In this document: one piece after another, positions 1-8,729 of the stretch | Numbering within the stretch: the first letter of the stretch is position 1 | How the letters are laid out: every line of letters begins with the position of its first letter | Source: Candidatus Kaiserbacteria bacterium | Lineage (GTDB): Bacteria; Patescibacteriota; Minisyncoccia; Phycocordibacterales; UBA2100 | DNA length: 64,000 nucleotides | Direction: 5' to 3' | Assembly: GCA_016186765.1 (NCBI GenBank) | Contig: JACPLD010000002.1 | Location: 35,272 to 99,271, forward strand | Notes under the pieces: model-generated | What the model saw: only the letters and a program-made list of their open reading frames with translations | Told to the model about the DNA's origin: nothing | The model's database searches: none | Translations under genes and position numbers: made by a program

Positions 1-797
1 ACGCTCACGTTGGAGACAATTTTGTTCTCGCCGACGGGGATCTCGGGCGCGATGGCTTTTGCTTCCATTGCTACCATGTCACCACCGCGTCCGTAGGCGT
101 AAGGAATGGGCGGATAGCCTCCCTCGCTCTCGGAAAATCCGATAATGCGAACGAGCCGCACGTTCAACTGCTTCGCAAGTTCCGCCGCTTTCGTGCGTGC
201 GTCTTCGATCGCTTGACCGCGCGCCTCCCGTTTTAGCGCATCCTCGTCGTCAATCGTGAACGAAAGGCCGGAAACAGACGAGGCACCGAGCTCTCCAACT
301 CCCGAAAGCAGATTGCCGGCTTTTTCTGTGTCGCGCACTTTCACCGTGAGCGTCTGCGACACTTGGAACCCTCGCAGCTCCTGTCTTCCCGGAGGGCAAT
401 ACCCATCGCGACACACCGTTTGGATATAGTCATATTGTGGATACACGTTGTAGTCGGCTGTCCTGATGTCTTTTTCCTCGATTCCTTCCCCTTTCAGAAA
501 CGCAATAATCTCGTTCACCTTCTTCGTAGCTACGTCCTGCGCATCCTTCACCTCAACTGCCTCCTCCTGCACTGTCACGCTGAAAGTCGCTGTGTCCGGC
601 ACGGCGAATACCTCGCCTTCGCCGGAGACCGTGATGGTGTTCGTTGCTGGCACGCCAGTGCCGATGTAGCGCAACTCGCTAAACTCGCGTACGACGCCGA
701 CGAGGAGAAACAGCGCCAAGACACCTAAGGCGGTCGCCGCCATCGTGCGCGGCCAGTGCGTTGCGAGGATTATCTTGTCTGCAGTGCGTTCATCCAT
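1..797 (-). CDS. SIMPL/DUF541-domain (26 kDa periplasmic immunogenic protein-like) protein; the C-terminus runs off the window start
   Basis: Minus-strand frame is open for about 265 codons from ATG (complement of 795-797) to position 1. It is absent from the ORF track because no stop lies in the window. There is an N-terminal TM segment (LGVLALFLLVGVV) followed by GEGEV...PD.A.F and ...GENKIV, as in SIMPL proteins. Confidence 0.5.
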   Translation of the reverse strand, partial: MDERTADKIILATHWPRTMAATALGVLALFLLVGVVREFSELRYIGTGVPATNTITVSGEGEVFAVPDTATFSVTVQEEAVEVKDAQDVATKKVNEIIAFLKGEGIEEKDIRTADYNVYPQYDYIQTVCRDGYCPPGRQELRGFQVSQTLTVKVRDTEKAGNLLSGVGELGASSVSGLSFTIDDEDALKREARGQAIEDARTKAAELAKQLNVRLVRIIGFSESEGGYPPIPYAYGRGGDMVAMEAKAIAPEIPVGENKIVSNVS

Positions 798-872
798 AAA
801 GATAGTGGTTAGTGATTAGCCAGTAGTGGTTAGTAAAAGATAGCATATCAATGACCATGACGTTCGAATGAA

Positions 873-1490
873 GTGGATATTACGGCTATACTAGTCGCTA
901 TGGACCCGGGCTTCCTCATGGGGCTCATCGTTGATTACACCTACCTTATCATTGCTCCTGCGGCAATGATCATCGGTCCACCCGTGAGCCTTGTCGCAGG
1001 GGTGCTACTGCGTCTCGACGTTATATCCATAATCCCCACAGCGCTTGCGCTCGCGGCGGGAGAGCTTGGAGCTGACATCCTGTGGTATTGGATCGGCAGA
1101 CGCTACGGCGAGCAATTCGTCGAGCGCTACGGGCGCTACTTCGGCATCACCGAAAGTTCTATAGCCTATGCGAAAGACCTCTACAGCAGGCACCACGACA
1201 TCATTATCTTTACCTCAAAACTCACCGCCGGCTTTGGATTTGCCATGGTCATCCTTTTCACCGCGGGGCTTTCTCGCGTTCCCTTCCGTCGCTACATGAT
1301 GCTCAACATCGCCGGGCAATTCCTCTGGACCGCCGGACTTCTCTCGATCGGTTACTTCCTCGGCCACATTTACCTCAAGGTTGAAAACACCTTCGAAAAG
1401 ATGGCGCTCTTTGCCCTAGTTGCCCTCGTCCTCGCATCGCTCTTCGGCTTCAGCCGCTACCTTCGCTCCGGCATCCATAGGAAGCTGTGA
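873..1490 (+). CDS. DedA/VTT-family membrane protein
   Basis: Polytopic membrane protein of 205 aa with a DedA-like pattern (GPPVSLVAGVLL...LWYWIGRRYG). Confidence 0.65.
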   Translation: MDITAILVAMDPGFLMGLIVDYTYLIIAPAAMIIGPPVSLVAGVLLRLDVISIIPTALALAAGELGADILWYWIGRRYGEQFVERYGRYFGITESSIAYAKDLYSRHHDIIIFTSKLTAGFGFAMVILFTAGLSRVPFRRYMMLNIAGQFLWTAGLLSIGYFLGHIYLKVENTFEKMALFALVALVLASLFGFSRYLRSGIHRKL

Positions 1491-2212
1491 CGGGTATGCT
1501 TTCGATAATCATCCCGGCGCGAGAGGAGGAAAAAATAATCGAGCGCACTATTCGGCAGTTCGAGAGCCTGCGCATACCGCACGAGACAATCGTCTCCGAC
1601 GACGCGAGCTCGGATCGAACAGCCGAGATCGCACGGCGCTTCGCGGATGCCGTCGTTACCTACAATGGAAATAAGCACGTCGTCTCACGTGCGCGCAACG
1701 CGGGCGCGAAGGCGGCGCGCGGCGATATCTTCGTTTTCATCGATTCAGACTCATACTTTCCGGACCCCACCGATTTCTTCGAGCGAGCACGCGCCCAACT
1801 TGAGTCCGACTCCTCGCTCCTCGCGCTTGCAACCGCGCAGTGGGTGCGGAGCGATATGGAGCGCCCGGTCGACAGGCTTGTCTTTGGCCTCGACAATCTT
1901 ATCAATCGCTTTCTCAACAATGTGCTGCACCACGGCGCAGGTGCAGGCAAGTGCATGATCGTGCGAAAGAGCGCGTTCGAGCGTACCGGAGGATTCAATG
2001 AGAACCTCGTGTTCCGAGAGGATGGGGATTTTTTCAGGCGGATCTCGAAGATCGGAAAAGTCCGCTTTGATCCGAACCTTGCGGTCTATCACAGCGGGAG
2101 GCGGCTGCATCGCCTCGGCGTTGTGCGCTTCTACTCAAGCTGGATAATAAACGGTCTCTATACCGTATTTCTAGAGCGCGCTCGCGACAAAGAGTGGAAG
2201 CCGATTAGGTAG
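1487..2212 (+). CDS. Family 2 glycosyltransferase
   Basis: IIIPAREEE...SDDASSDRT...FIDSDS, a GT2 DxD-type fold. The true start may be ATG 1496, since GTG 1487 overlaps the DedA stop. Confidence 0.7.
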   Translation: MTGMLSIIIPAREEEKIIERTIRQFESLRIPHETIVSDDASSDRTAEIARRFADAVVTYNGNKHVVSRARNAGAKAARGDIFVFIDSDSYFPDPTDFFERARAQLESDSSLLALATAQWVRSDMERPVDRLVFGLDNLINRFLNNVLHHGAGAGKCMIVRKSAFERTGGFNENLVFREDGDFFRRISKIGKVRFDPNLAVYHSGRRLHRLGVVRFYSSWIINGLYTVFLERARDKEWKPIR

Positions 2213-3023
2213 CCTCCCTTGATTCGACAAACGTCTTGATCACGGCTGAAACATCATCCACATTGTTGAGCACAAGCATGTGGTTTGCATTGGGGAGCAT
2301 CTTGAACCTCGCTTGCGGCATGATGCTGGCAAGCTCGATCCCATGTGCGACGGGGACAAACGAATCGAGTGCGCCGTGCACGATGAGGGTGGGCATCGAA
2401 AGTCGCTTCCAATCGTGATCGCGATAGAACGAATAGACGTGATGCAGGCAGTGGAGGTACGAGCGGATGCCGGTATTCCACACGTCGGCCCAAAGGCGAC
2501 GCATGTCCCAGTCGCTCGAGTAGCCGAGCGTCGAGTAATCAACACGATCACCGCGCCAGTGGATCGACGGAAGTCTGGAGAATATCGCGGTCAATACGGA
2601 AAGCGGCCCGCGCGTGAGACGCGCGAGCAGAGTGCGGTGAACGCCATAATTTGGAGCAAGAAGCACAAGACGCTCAGCGCTCCCCCCGCGCAGCAGGAGC
2701 TCGAGCGCGACGAGTGTTCCAAATGAGTGACCGACGAGGCAATACGTTCCGATTCCAAGATGCGACAAGAGAAGCTCTATGTCCTCCGCAAACAGCTCAA
2801 GGTCGTATTCGCTGTATGTTCGCCACCGCCGCGACTTGCCGTGTCCGCGCAGATCGACCGTGATGATGTTGAATGACGGCTCGAAACGCCCTTCGAACGG
2901 GAACCACGCGGAAGAGCTCCCCGAGAGTCCGTGGAGAAGCACCAGTGTCTGGCGATCGGCCTGCATCTCGCTTACCCTGTAGTAGAGGGCCCGCTGCGGA
3001 AAGAATTCCTCTCTCATAGGCAC
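2205..3023 (-). CDS. Alpha/beta-fold hydrolase
   Basis: HGLSGSSSAW oxyanion region and a GHSFG nucleophile elbow; 272 aa. Confidence 0.7.
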   Translation of the reverse strand: MPMREEFFPQRALYYRVSEMQADRQTLVLLHGLSGSSSAWFPFEGRFEPSFNIITVDLRGHGKSRRWRTYSEYDLELFAEDIELLLSHLGIGTYCLVGHSFGTLVALELLLRGGSAERLVLLAPNYGVHRTLLARLTRGPLSVLTAIFSRLPSIHWRGDRVDYSTLGYSSDWDMRRLWADVWNTGIRSYLHCLHHVYSFYRDHDWKRLSMPTLIVHGALDSFVPVAHGIELASIMPQARFKMLPNANHMLVLNNVDDVSAVIKTFVESREAT

Positions 3024-3050
3024 CAGTACGCATTAGAGTATACTGCATGC

Positions 3051-3794
3051 GTGAAGATCAGCTTTGTGATCCCCGCATACAACGAGGAGGCCGATATCGG
3101 GCCATGCCTTGAGTCCGTGCAGAAAGAAATTATACGCGAGCGCGCCGATGCCGAGATCATCGTCGTCAACAACGCTTCCACCGACCGCACTGCGGACATT
3201 GCGCGGGGATTTCGGAATGTGCGCGTCGTCGAAGAGCCGCGCAAGGGACTAGTGCGGGCGCGACAGGCAGGCTTCAAAGTTTCCACCGGCGAACTTGTCG
3301 CAAACGTCGACGCCGACACGATGGTGCCACAAGGATGGCTTCACACGGTGCTCCAAGAGTTCGAACGAGACAAAAAACTCGTTGCGCTCAGCGGGCCATT
3401 CATCTACCACGACCTACCGCTTTTCTCCCGCATCCTCGTGCGCGTGTTCTATGCCGCCGGATACCTGATGTACTTTCTCAACAGGTTCGTGTTTCGCATC
3501 GGGTCGATGCTTCAGGGCGGTAACTTCGTTGCGCGTCGCGAGGCACTCCAAAAAATCGGCGGTTTTAATACCTCGATCGAATTCTACGGAGAAGATACCG
3601 ACGTGGCGCGCCGCCTATCGAAAATTGGCAACGTAAAATGGAGCTTTAAGCTCCCAATATACACCTCAGGTAGACGCCTCACACGCGAAGGAATCATTTC
3701 CGTCGGCCTGCGCTACGCGCTCAACTTTTTTTGGACGACCTTCTTCGGAAAACCCTACACACTCGCGTACAAAGACATTCGTCCGGAGAAGTAA
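3051..3794 (+). CDS. Family 2 glycosyltransferase
   Basis: ISFVIPAYNEE...IIVVNNASTDRT...NVDADT. The ORF-track start at 2931 overlaps the hydrolase; GTG 3051 (VKISFVIP) is the likely start. Confidence 0.65.
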   Translation: MKISFVIPAYNEEADIGPCLESVQKEIIRERADAEIIVVNNASTDRTADIARGFRNVRVVEEPRKGLVRARQAGFKVSTGELVANVDADTMVPQGWLHTVLQEFERDKKLVALSGPFIYHDLPLFSRILVRVFYAAGYLMYFLNRFVFRIGSMLQGGNFVARREALQKIGGFNTSIEFYGEDTDVARRLSKIGNVKWSFKLPIYTSGRRLTREGIISVGLRYALNFFWTTFFGKPYTLAYKDIRPEK

Positions 3795-3958
3795 CTTCCA
3801 TTTCTTGGGTGCCTATCCGGTTCTGCCCCGGAACTGCCAGCTCCACAAGCTGAAGTGCTGCTGTTACACCATAGGCACCATCGAACAACGGATTCTAGCA
3901 AAAAAAGCACATGCAGGCGACGCCGCCTTGTGAGAGGGCGGCGTCCAAAAAACCAAAC

Positions 3959-4345
3959 TCACACCGCCGGTTGTGTTGCGCCTGCCAGGGTTCCTTCTTT
4001 CATGCCAAAGCCAGCCCAAAGAGCTACCGCAGCGATGACAAGGTGCAGCAGGTGATCTGCCGTGTTGGTCGCGATGAGCCCCAAAACCGTGTCGCCCTGG
4101 AGAAAGCCCACTACCGCGACAACGGCGTACACCACGCCGAACACCTGAAAGTAGAGACGCGCATAGTTGCCGGCAAGTACGGCACCGAGCGCAAGCGCTC
4201 CGGAGAGAAGGTGGACGACGTTGTGGAGCGGATCCACCATGAATATCCCTAAGAGATGCCCGTCCGGAGTCAATGCCGGGACAAAGCCCAGAACACCGAT
4301 CGCAAGAAATACGATGCCGAAAACCCACGCTAGCGTTTGGATCAT
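3959..4345 (-). CDS. Small multi-TM membrane protein (DUF4383-like)
   Basis: 128 aa with four hydrophobic helices and no other motif. Confidence 0.4.
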   Translation of the reverse strand: MIQTLAWVFGIVFLAIGVLGFVPALTPDGHLLGIFMVDPLHNVVHLLSGALALGAVLAGNYARLYFQVFGVVYAVVAVVGFLQGDTVLGLIATNTADHLLHLVIAAVALWAGFGMKEGTLAGATQPAV

Positions 4346-4386
4346 ACGACTATGTTCTCTTCTTGTATGGATAATTCGACCTCCTT

Positions 4387-5493
4387 TTAGCGTACCACGA
4401 CCTCAACCGGCACGGGCTCGGCGACGTTTACAACCCTAAATGATACCCCGCCGATGAGCTGGCCGAACTCGGTGACGACGTTCACTCGCCACCGCCCTTC
4501 ACGAAGGCGAGTGTTGATCGAGTAGCCGCGATAGCCTCTCTCACGCCCTCCTACGATCGTGTATGGAATGACCTGCTCTGTCACCCATTTGTCCCTTGTA
4601 TCGTCGTACCACTGCCACTCGTGGGAAACGGCCGTTGAAAGCCCGGTGGGAGCGAAGATCGATGTGTACACATACGCTATCTCTCCGGGTGCGGCGTGAA
4701 ATACGGTGTTGTACCTGAGGTAGCCCTCATACCACTCGACCGGCTCCGCAAGAAGTTGGTACTCGTCGCCCACTCGCTCAACAGTGTGATAGACTCCTCC
4801 ATCTTTCAGCGCGAGAGGTAGGGGTGGAATCGCATTTGTGAAGTAGAGAACGTTGAACACGACAAAGATCGCCCCGATCGAACGAGCGATGGGTGTGAGC
4901 TCCCGCCGCAGCTCCGGCATAACAAACGACTGCACTACAAGGAACGCAGCGATAATGATGAGGCTCGTGAGGCCGCTTGCGACGAACATGTACGGCCCGA
5001 TCCTGCCAAAGAGGAGCGGAACGTAAAAAATGAGAAAGGAAAAGAGCGCGATGAAAAGAATGCTCATTTGGAATGCAAAACGAAGGTAAAAGCGCACGAA
5101 TCGCTCATTCGCGATAAGCAGGAGTGCGATAACGGCAACAAAAATCCAACTTAGTGAAAACGCCGCACTCCTCGAGTACAACGAGAGGAAAGCGATGAAG
5201 AGACCGCCAAAGGCATACTGCGATACGACCGGCAGGACAGGGGTCACTTTCAGGAGCCACCACTGCTGCAATCGCCCTGTCTGAATGAGACTGATGACGA
5301 GGCTGATCGAAGAGGCAAGTGCAAGGTAAAAGAAGAGTACGAGACTCGTTAAGAGCGTGTCGACGCGGCGCAGCAGAAAGAAGGTATCGATGAGAAGTGC
5401 TGCGACAAGCGTAAGAGGCGAGATGTACCGCATGTACCACTCCGCCGCCTCCTCGATACTTTCCGGGAGCTTGGGTAATCGCGGTCGGGGCAT
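4387..5493 (-). CDS. Hypothetical polytopic membrane protein with a C-terminal soluble beta-rich domain
   Basis: 368 aa; about 6 TM helices followed by a 130-aa non-membrane tail. Confidence 0.5.
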   Translation of the reverse strand: MPRPRLPKLPESIEEAAEWYMRYISPLTLVAALLIDTFFLLRRVDTLLTSLVLFFYLALASSISLVISLIQTGRLQQWWLLKVTPVLPVVSQYAFGGLFIAFLSLYSRSAAFSLSWIFVAVIALLLIANERFVRFYLRFAFQMSILFIALFSFLIFYVPLLFGRIGPYMFVASGLTSLIIIAAFLVVQSFVMPELRRELTPIARSIGAIFVVFNVLYFTNAIPPLPLALKDGGVYHTVERVGDEYQLLAEPVEWYEGYLRYNTVFHAAPGEIAYVYTSIFAPTGLSTAVSHEWQWYDDTRDKWVTEQVIPYTIVGGRERGYRGYSINTRLREGRWRVNVVTEFGQLIGGVSFRVVNVAEPVPVEVVVR

Positions 5494-5494
5494 A

Positions 5495-6055
5495 TCACGA
5501 GCGATAGCTTGGTGGACTCTCTACGACGCCAGCACGATGGTTCGCAAGTCGCGCGAGCGCATAAAAAAGAGACGAGAGGCGGTTTGCATATGCCCGACTT
5601 GATTCAGAAATGGAACGTTCTCCAGATTCATAGAGAGTCACCAAGCAACGTTCGGCGCGCCTAGACACAGCTCGAGCGATATCGAGGCGGGCAGAAAATT
5701 CCGTCCCGCCTGGTACCAAAAACGTCTTGATCTCGGGCAATTCCTTTTCGACCCCATTGATGAGGGCGCTCATTGTCTCGACGCTTGAAGGTGGCACTAA
5801 TTTCGGCGCTCCTGCCGCTTCCGCCTGTATCGTAAAGAGGTGATCTTGCACCTCGTCCAAGAGCTCCTTCACCTTTCGCTCTCCAACAAGAAAATCGTCG
5901 GGGCACGCGACCTTGCACCAGCCGACTATCGTATTGAGCTCATCGAGCTGCCCAAGGCACTCGAACACCGGAGACGACTTCGAGATACGCTCTCCCTTTG
6001 GGGTATCAAAAAGTTTCGTTGTGCCTTTATCGCCTTTCCCCGTAAAAAGAGCCAT
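5495..6055 (-). CDS. ATP:cob(I)alamin adenosyltransferase, PduO/MMAB type
   Basis: N-terminus MALFTGKGDKGTT...LGQLDELN matches the PduO-type adenosyltransferase signature. Confidence 0.65.
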   Translation of the reverse strand: MALFTGKGDKGTTKLFDTPKGERISKSSPVFECLGQLDELNTIVGWCKVACPDDFLVGERKVKELLDEVQDHLFTIQAEAAGAPKLVPPSSVETMSALINGVEKELPEIKTFLVPGGTEFSARLDIARAVSRRAERCLVTLYESGERSISESSRAYANRLSSLFYALARLANHRAGVVESPPSYRS

Positions 6056-6059
6056 ACGG

Positions 6060-6145
6060 GTGCGCAGGGGGAGACTCGAACTCCCATGCCCTTGCGGGCG
6101 CTACCACCTCAAGGTAGTACGTCTACCAATTTCGCCACCTGCGCA
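6060..6145 (-). tRNA. tRNA-Leu (anticodon GAG), class II with a long variable arm
   Basis: Reverse complement folds as GCGCAGG acceptor / anticodon stem CTACC / loop TTGAGGT / long V-arm / GGAGTTCGAGTCTCC T-arm. Confidence 0.7.
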
Positions 6146-6157
6146 GCGCAGTAAATA

Positions 6158-6613
6158 TTACTCGGTTTTCGCCTCAACTCCAGTCTTCTCGACTGTAACC
6201 TCCTCTTTGACGTCTACCTCAGTTTCTGCCGCTGACTCCGATGCTGCCGGGATGCTCCCCACCAGACGAGTACGACGCAGCTGTCGGCGCGCTTCGCGTG
6301 CGACTTTCTCACGGATATAGTAGAGCTTCGCGCGTCGAACGCGGCTGCGCTTCACGACCTCGATCCTGTCTATCATAGGAGAGTAGAGTGGGAAAATTTT
6401 CTCAACACCAACACCACTAAGCAGCCGCCGCACCGTAAAGGTCGCGCCCGGTTCACGCCCATGCTTGCGCGCGAGTACCAGTCCCTCAAATGCCTGCAAG
6501 CGATACTTTCCTTTCTCCTCCTCGATCTTCTGCCACACGCGCACCGTGTCCCCTGGCCGGAGATCTAGATTCTTTCGCGCTTCCACATCAACAGGTGAAA
6601 TCTTTATCGTCAT
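6158..6613 (-). CDS. rplS: 50S ribosomal protein L19 with a C-terminal extension
   Basis: MTIKI...[10 protein letters not shown]...[15 protein letters not shown]...TFTVRR...[12 protein letters not shown] is an unmistakable L19. Confidence 0.85.
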   Translation of the reverse strand: MTIKISPVDVEARKNLDLRPGDTVRVWQKIEEEKGKYRLQAFEGLVLARKHGREPGATFTVRRLLSGVGVEKIFPLYSPMIDRIEVVKRSRVRRAKLYYIREKVAREARRQLRRTRLVGSIPAASESAAETEVDVKEEVTVEKTGVEAKTE

Positions 6614-6625
6614 GACGGCGCACTA

Positions 6626-6640
6626 TACCCCGTGAGATAG
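6626..6640. repeat. 15-mer TACCCCGTGAGATAG, the inverted copy of CTATCTCACGGGGTA
   Basis: Exact reverse complement of the copy at 29789-29803. Together with 6711-6725 it forms the arms of a 100-nt hairpin upstream of rplS. Confidence 0.8.
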
Positions 6641-6710
6641 GAAATTACAAGATGCATTCCAGACTTGAGAGCGCTGCTGAATCAACACGGGTCCAATTTC
6701 TTACGGTTTC

Positions 6711-6725
6711 TTATCTCACGGGGTA
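6711..6725. repeat. 15-mer TTATCTCACGGGGTA
   Basis: Matches 14/15 positions of the copy at 29789-29803. Confidence 0.8.
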
Positions 6726-6739
6726 TACCACTGCGAATG

Positions 6740-7018
6740 TCAGAAAACAACGTCGAACGAATCGAATTCTTGCAAAGGAGAGCGCCACTCGACATCGATA
6801 TCCGAAACGCGTGCGAGAAATGGTCCTTTGCGCAGATGTTCGATGAGTTTTTCGAGCTTGTCGCGGTAGCCTTGCGCGACGACCTCGACACTGAAATCTG
6901 GTGTGTTGCGCACAAACCCCGTGAGAGCCAAGTGGCGTGCGTGCTTTGCAACGAAATCGCGATAGAGGACACCTTGGACTTTTCCCTTCACGATGCATCG
7001 CACTTCTTCGATTTCCAT
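6740..7018 (-). CDS. acyP: Acylphosphatase
   Basis: V.GKVQGV.YR...GFVRN motifs; 92 aa. Confidence 0.8.
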   Translation of the reverse strand: MEIEEVRCIVKGKVQGVLYRDFVAKHARHLALTGFVRNTPDFSVEVVAQGYRDKLEKLIEHLRKGPFLARVSDIDVEWRSPLQEFDSFDVVF

Positions 7019-7019
7019 G

Positions 7020-7091
7020 TGCGCGCTGAGGGATTCGAACCCCCGACCTTCGCTGTGTAAAAGCGTTGCTCTACCACTGAGCTAAGCGCGC
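7020..7091 (-). tRNA. tRNA-Val (anticodon TAC)
   Basis: GCGCGCT acceptor, GCTC/GAGC D-stem, anticodon loop TTTACAC, GGTTCGAATCC T-arm. Confidence 0.7.
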
Positions 7092-7211
7092 ATCCCCTCC
7101 GGCAGCTTGGAAACCCTCGGTTTTCCAACGCTCGCTTCGCTCGCTGCCTTCCTCCACGGGAAACTTCCTTTTCCCGACCCCTTCCCCTACCGAGGGGCCT
7201 CGCGAAGCGAG

Positions 7212-7283
7212 TCCCCTCGGTAGGAATCGAACCTACATAGCCGGCTTAGAAGTCCGGTGTTCTATCCATTGAACTACGAGGGG
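7212..7283 (-). tRNA. tRNA-Arg (anticodon TCT)
   Basis: Acceptor CCCCTCG/CGAGGGG (an unusual C1:G72 pair), GTTC/GAAC D-stem, loop CTTCTAA, GTAGGTTCGATTCCTAC T-arm. Confidence 0.6.
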
Positions 7284-7312
7284 GAGTCCCTGCATCGTAT
7301 AACTTCCTGCGG

Positions 7313-7645
7313 CTATTTTGAAGGGTCGGCAATCTCTGGTGGATTCTTTTTGAGATACTCGTAGTGCGTGCGGCGCGCCTCGAATTGCTCCAGGGCCGAT
7401 TCAAGTTCCCCTGTATTGAACGGAATACTACCACCTCCACTCGAAAGAAGCGGCGTCTCCACCTCCTCTTCAAAGATTGAATACGACTTCACTCCCGCAA
7501 AGATGGCAAGGAGCAAAAATAGTAGCGCTGCAAGGATGAGAAGCATTCGCCAGTACATGTCCGCGAGTACGCGGAGCTTCTCGGGCTCATGACGATACTG
7601 CCACGTATCGCGTATGCAGGCAGAAAGTCGTTTGAGCCATCTCAT
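7313..7645 (-). CDS. Hypothetical single-pass membrane protein, possibly PilP-like, last gene of the pilM-N-O run
   Basis: The start at MRWLKRL overlaps the pilO stop by 4 nt. One TM helix and no motif. Confidence 0.35.
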   Translation of the reverse strand: MRWLKRLSACIRDTWQYRHEPEKLRVLADMYWRMLLILAALLFLLLAIFAGVKSYSIFEEEVETPLLSSGGGSIPFNTGELESALEQFEARRTHYEYLKKNPPEIADPSK

Positions 7646-8199
7646 ATTGCAGGAATATCGGCTGTCGTGAGAAATCGCACTTTGGTGACCACCCGCCACA
7701 GACTTCGTGCAGACTTGCCGCTTTCGGGGCTTCCCAGTCGCTCGAACTGCAACTCGTCAAGAGCAGAGGGAAGCGGGAGCGATTCGAGGAATGCAACGAC
7801 GTGGGCCACCTGAGTGAACGATCCTTGTGAGTCTATCGTGAACGATGCGGTTCGAAGAGGAGAGGACTCGCTTGCGGCAATTGTGGGAGCCTGCCCGATC
7901 TGTATCGGAATTCCGGTGTCTCGCGCGAGCGCTTCAATCGTGTCAAGAATTTCCAAAAGATCGGCGTCCGAGAGCTCTTCAAGCTCTGCGCGCGCCTCTT
8001 TCGTCTCACGCGCTATCGCGTGCAGCCGAAGGGCTGAGGAGTGTTCGGCCGACTCCTCTTGCATACGCGCGATCGTTGCGCGGTGTTCCTCGGCTGCGGC
8101 AGAGATAGTCCATGCAAAGTAACCAACGGCAGCCCACAGCAAAAGCGCGAGTGCGAATGCGAGCCACGACACGTACCGGGTGACAAGAATGTTCAGCAT
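7642..8199 (-). CDS. PilO-like type IV pilus assembly protein
   Basis: N-terminal TM, a coiled coil, and a position immediately after pilN. Confidence 0.45.
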   Translation of the reverse strand: MLNILVTRYVSWLAFALALLLWAAVGYFAWTISAAAEEHRATIARMQEESAEHSSALRLHAIARETKEARAELEELSDADLLEILDTIEALARDTGIPIQIGQAPTIAASESSPLRTASFTIDSQGSFTQVAHVVAFLESLPLPSALDELQFERLGSPESGKSARSLWRVVTKVRFLTTADIPAI

Positions 8200-8207
8200 A
8201 CAAAGTA

Positions 8208-8720
8208 CTAAAAGGTGCCGGTAATCGTGAGCGTAAAGCGGCTCCCCGCCGTGCCAGCGAGAGCACCGATCGGCACGGTCACGCTCGAGAAACGCGCATC
8301 CCTTGAGAGAATCTCCCGATACGCATTGATGTCGTCACGCGACTTGCTCGTGCCACTAAGAACGATCATGCCTTCTTCTCCCCGCTTAAATGACATGCTC
8401 GTGATGACGGTGCCTGCTGGCCGAACACTCAGTATCTCCCCGAGCATATCGAGCGATGAGGTTGTCGAGGCAACTGGTGCGATATCTCGCAGAATGAGCC
8501 GCGCGCGCGCGAGCTCCTCGCGGTCTTCGCTCTCCGACAGCACTCCGGGAGTGGGGGACGAGCCCTCTCTCGGCGCGCCCACTATTGCGTACACAGGGAG
8601 GAGCGAAAGGAGCGCAACAACGCCGCAGACGATTGCAACGAGCGACCCTGTCCCCAAAAAGCGGGCGCGGAAATAGCTCCGTACCTGCTTGAGCTCTCGC
8701 GGCGAAAGAAGGTTTGCCAT
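8208..8720 (-). CDS. PilN-like type IV pilus assembly protein
   Basis: Short cytoplasmic N-terminus, a single TM (LVAIVCGVVALLSLLPVY), and a periplasmic domain, placed directly after pilM. Confidence 0.45.
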   Translation of the reverse strand: MANLLSPRELKQVRSYFRARFLGTGSLVAIVCGVVALLSLLPVYAIVGAPREGSSPTPGVLSESEDREELARARLILRDIAPVASTTSSLDMLGEILSVRPAGTVITSMSFKRGEEGMIVLSGTSKSRDDINAYREILSRDARFSSVTVPIGALAGTAGSRFTLTITGTF

Positions 8721-8729
8721 ACAGCAGCA

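Noticed and set aside
363-728. Plus-strand ORFs 363-728 and 466-669 at the window start
   Set aside because: They lie antisense to a clean open frame of about 265 codons with SIMPL-domain features. High GC inflates antisense ORFs.
2931-3050. N-terminal 40 codons of the ORF-track GT2 gene (MEKHQCLAIG...)
   Set aside because: They overlap the alpha/beta-hydrolase start on the other strand. The conserved GT2 N-terminus (ISFVIPAYNEE) begins at GTG 3051.
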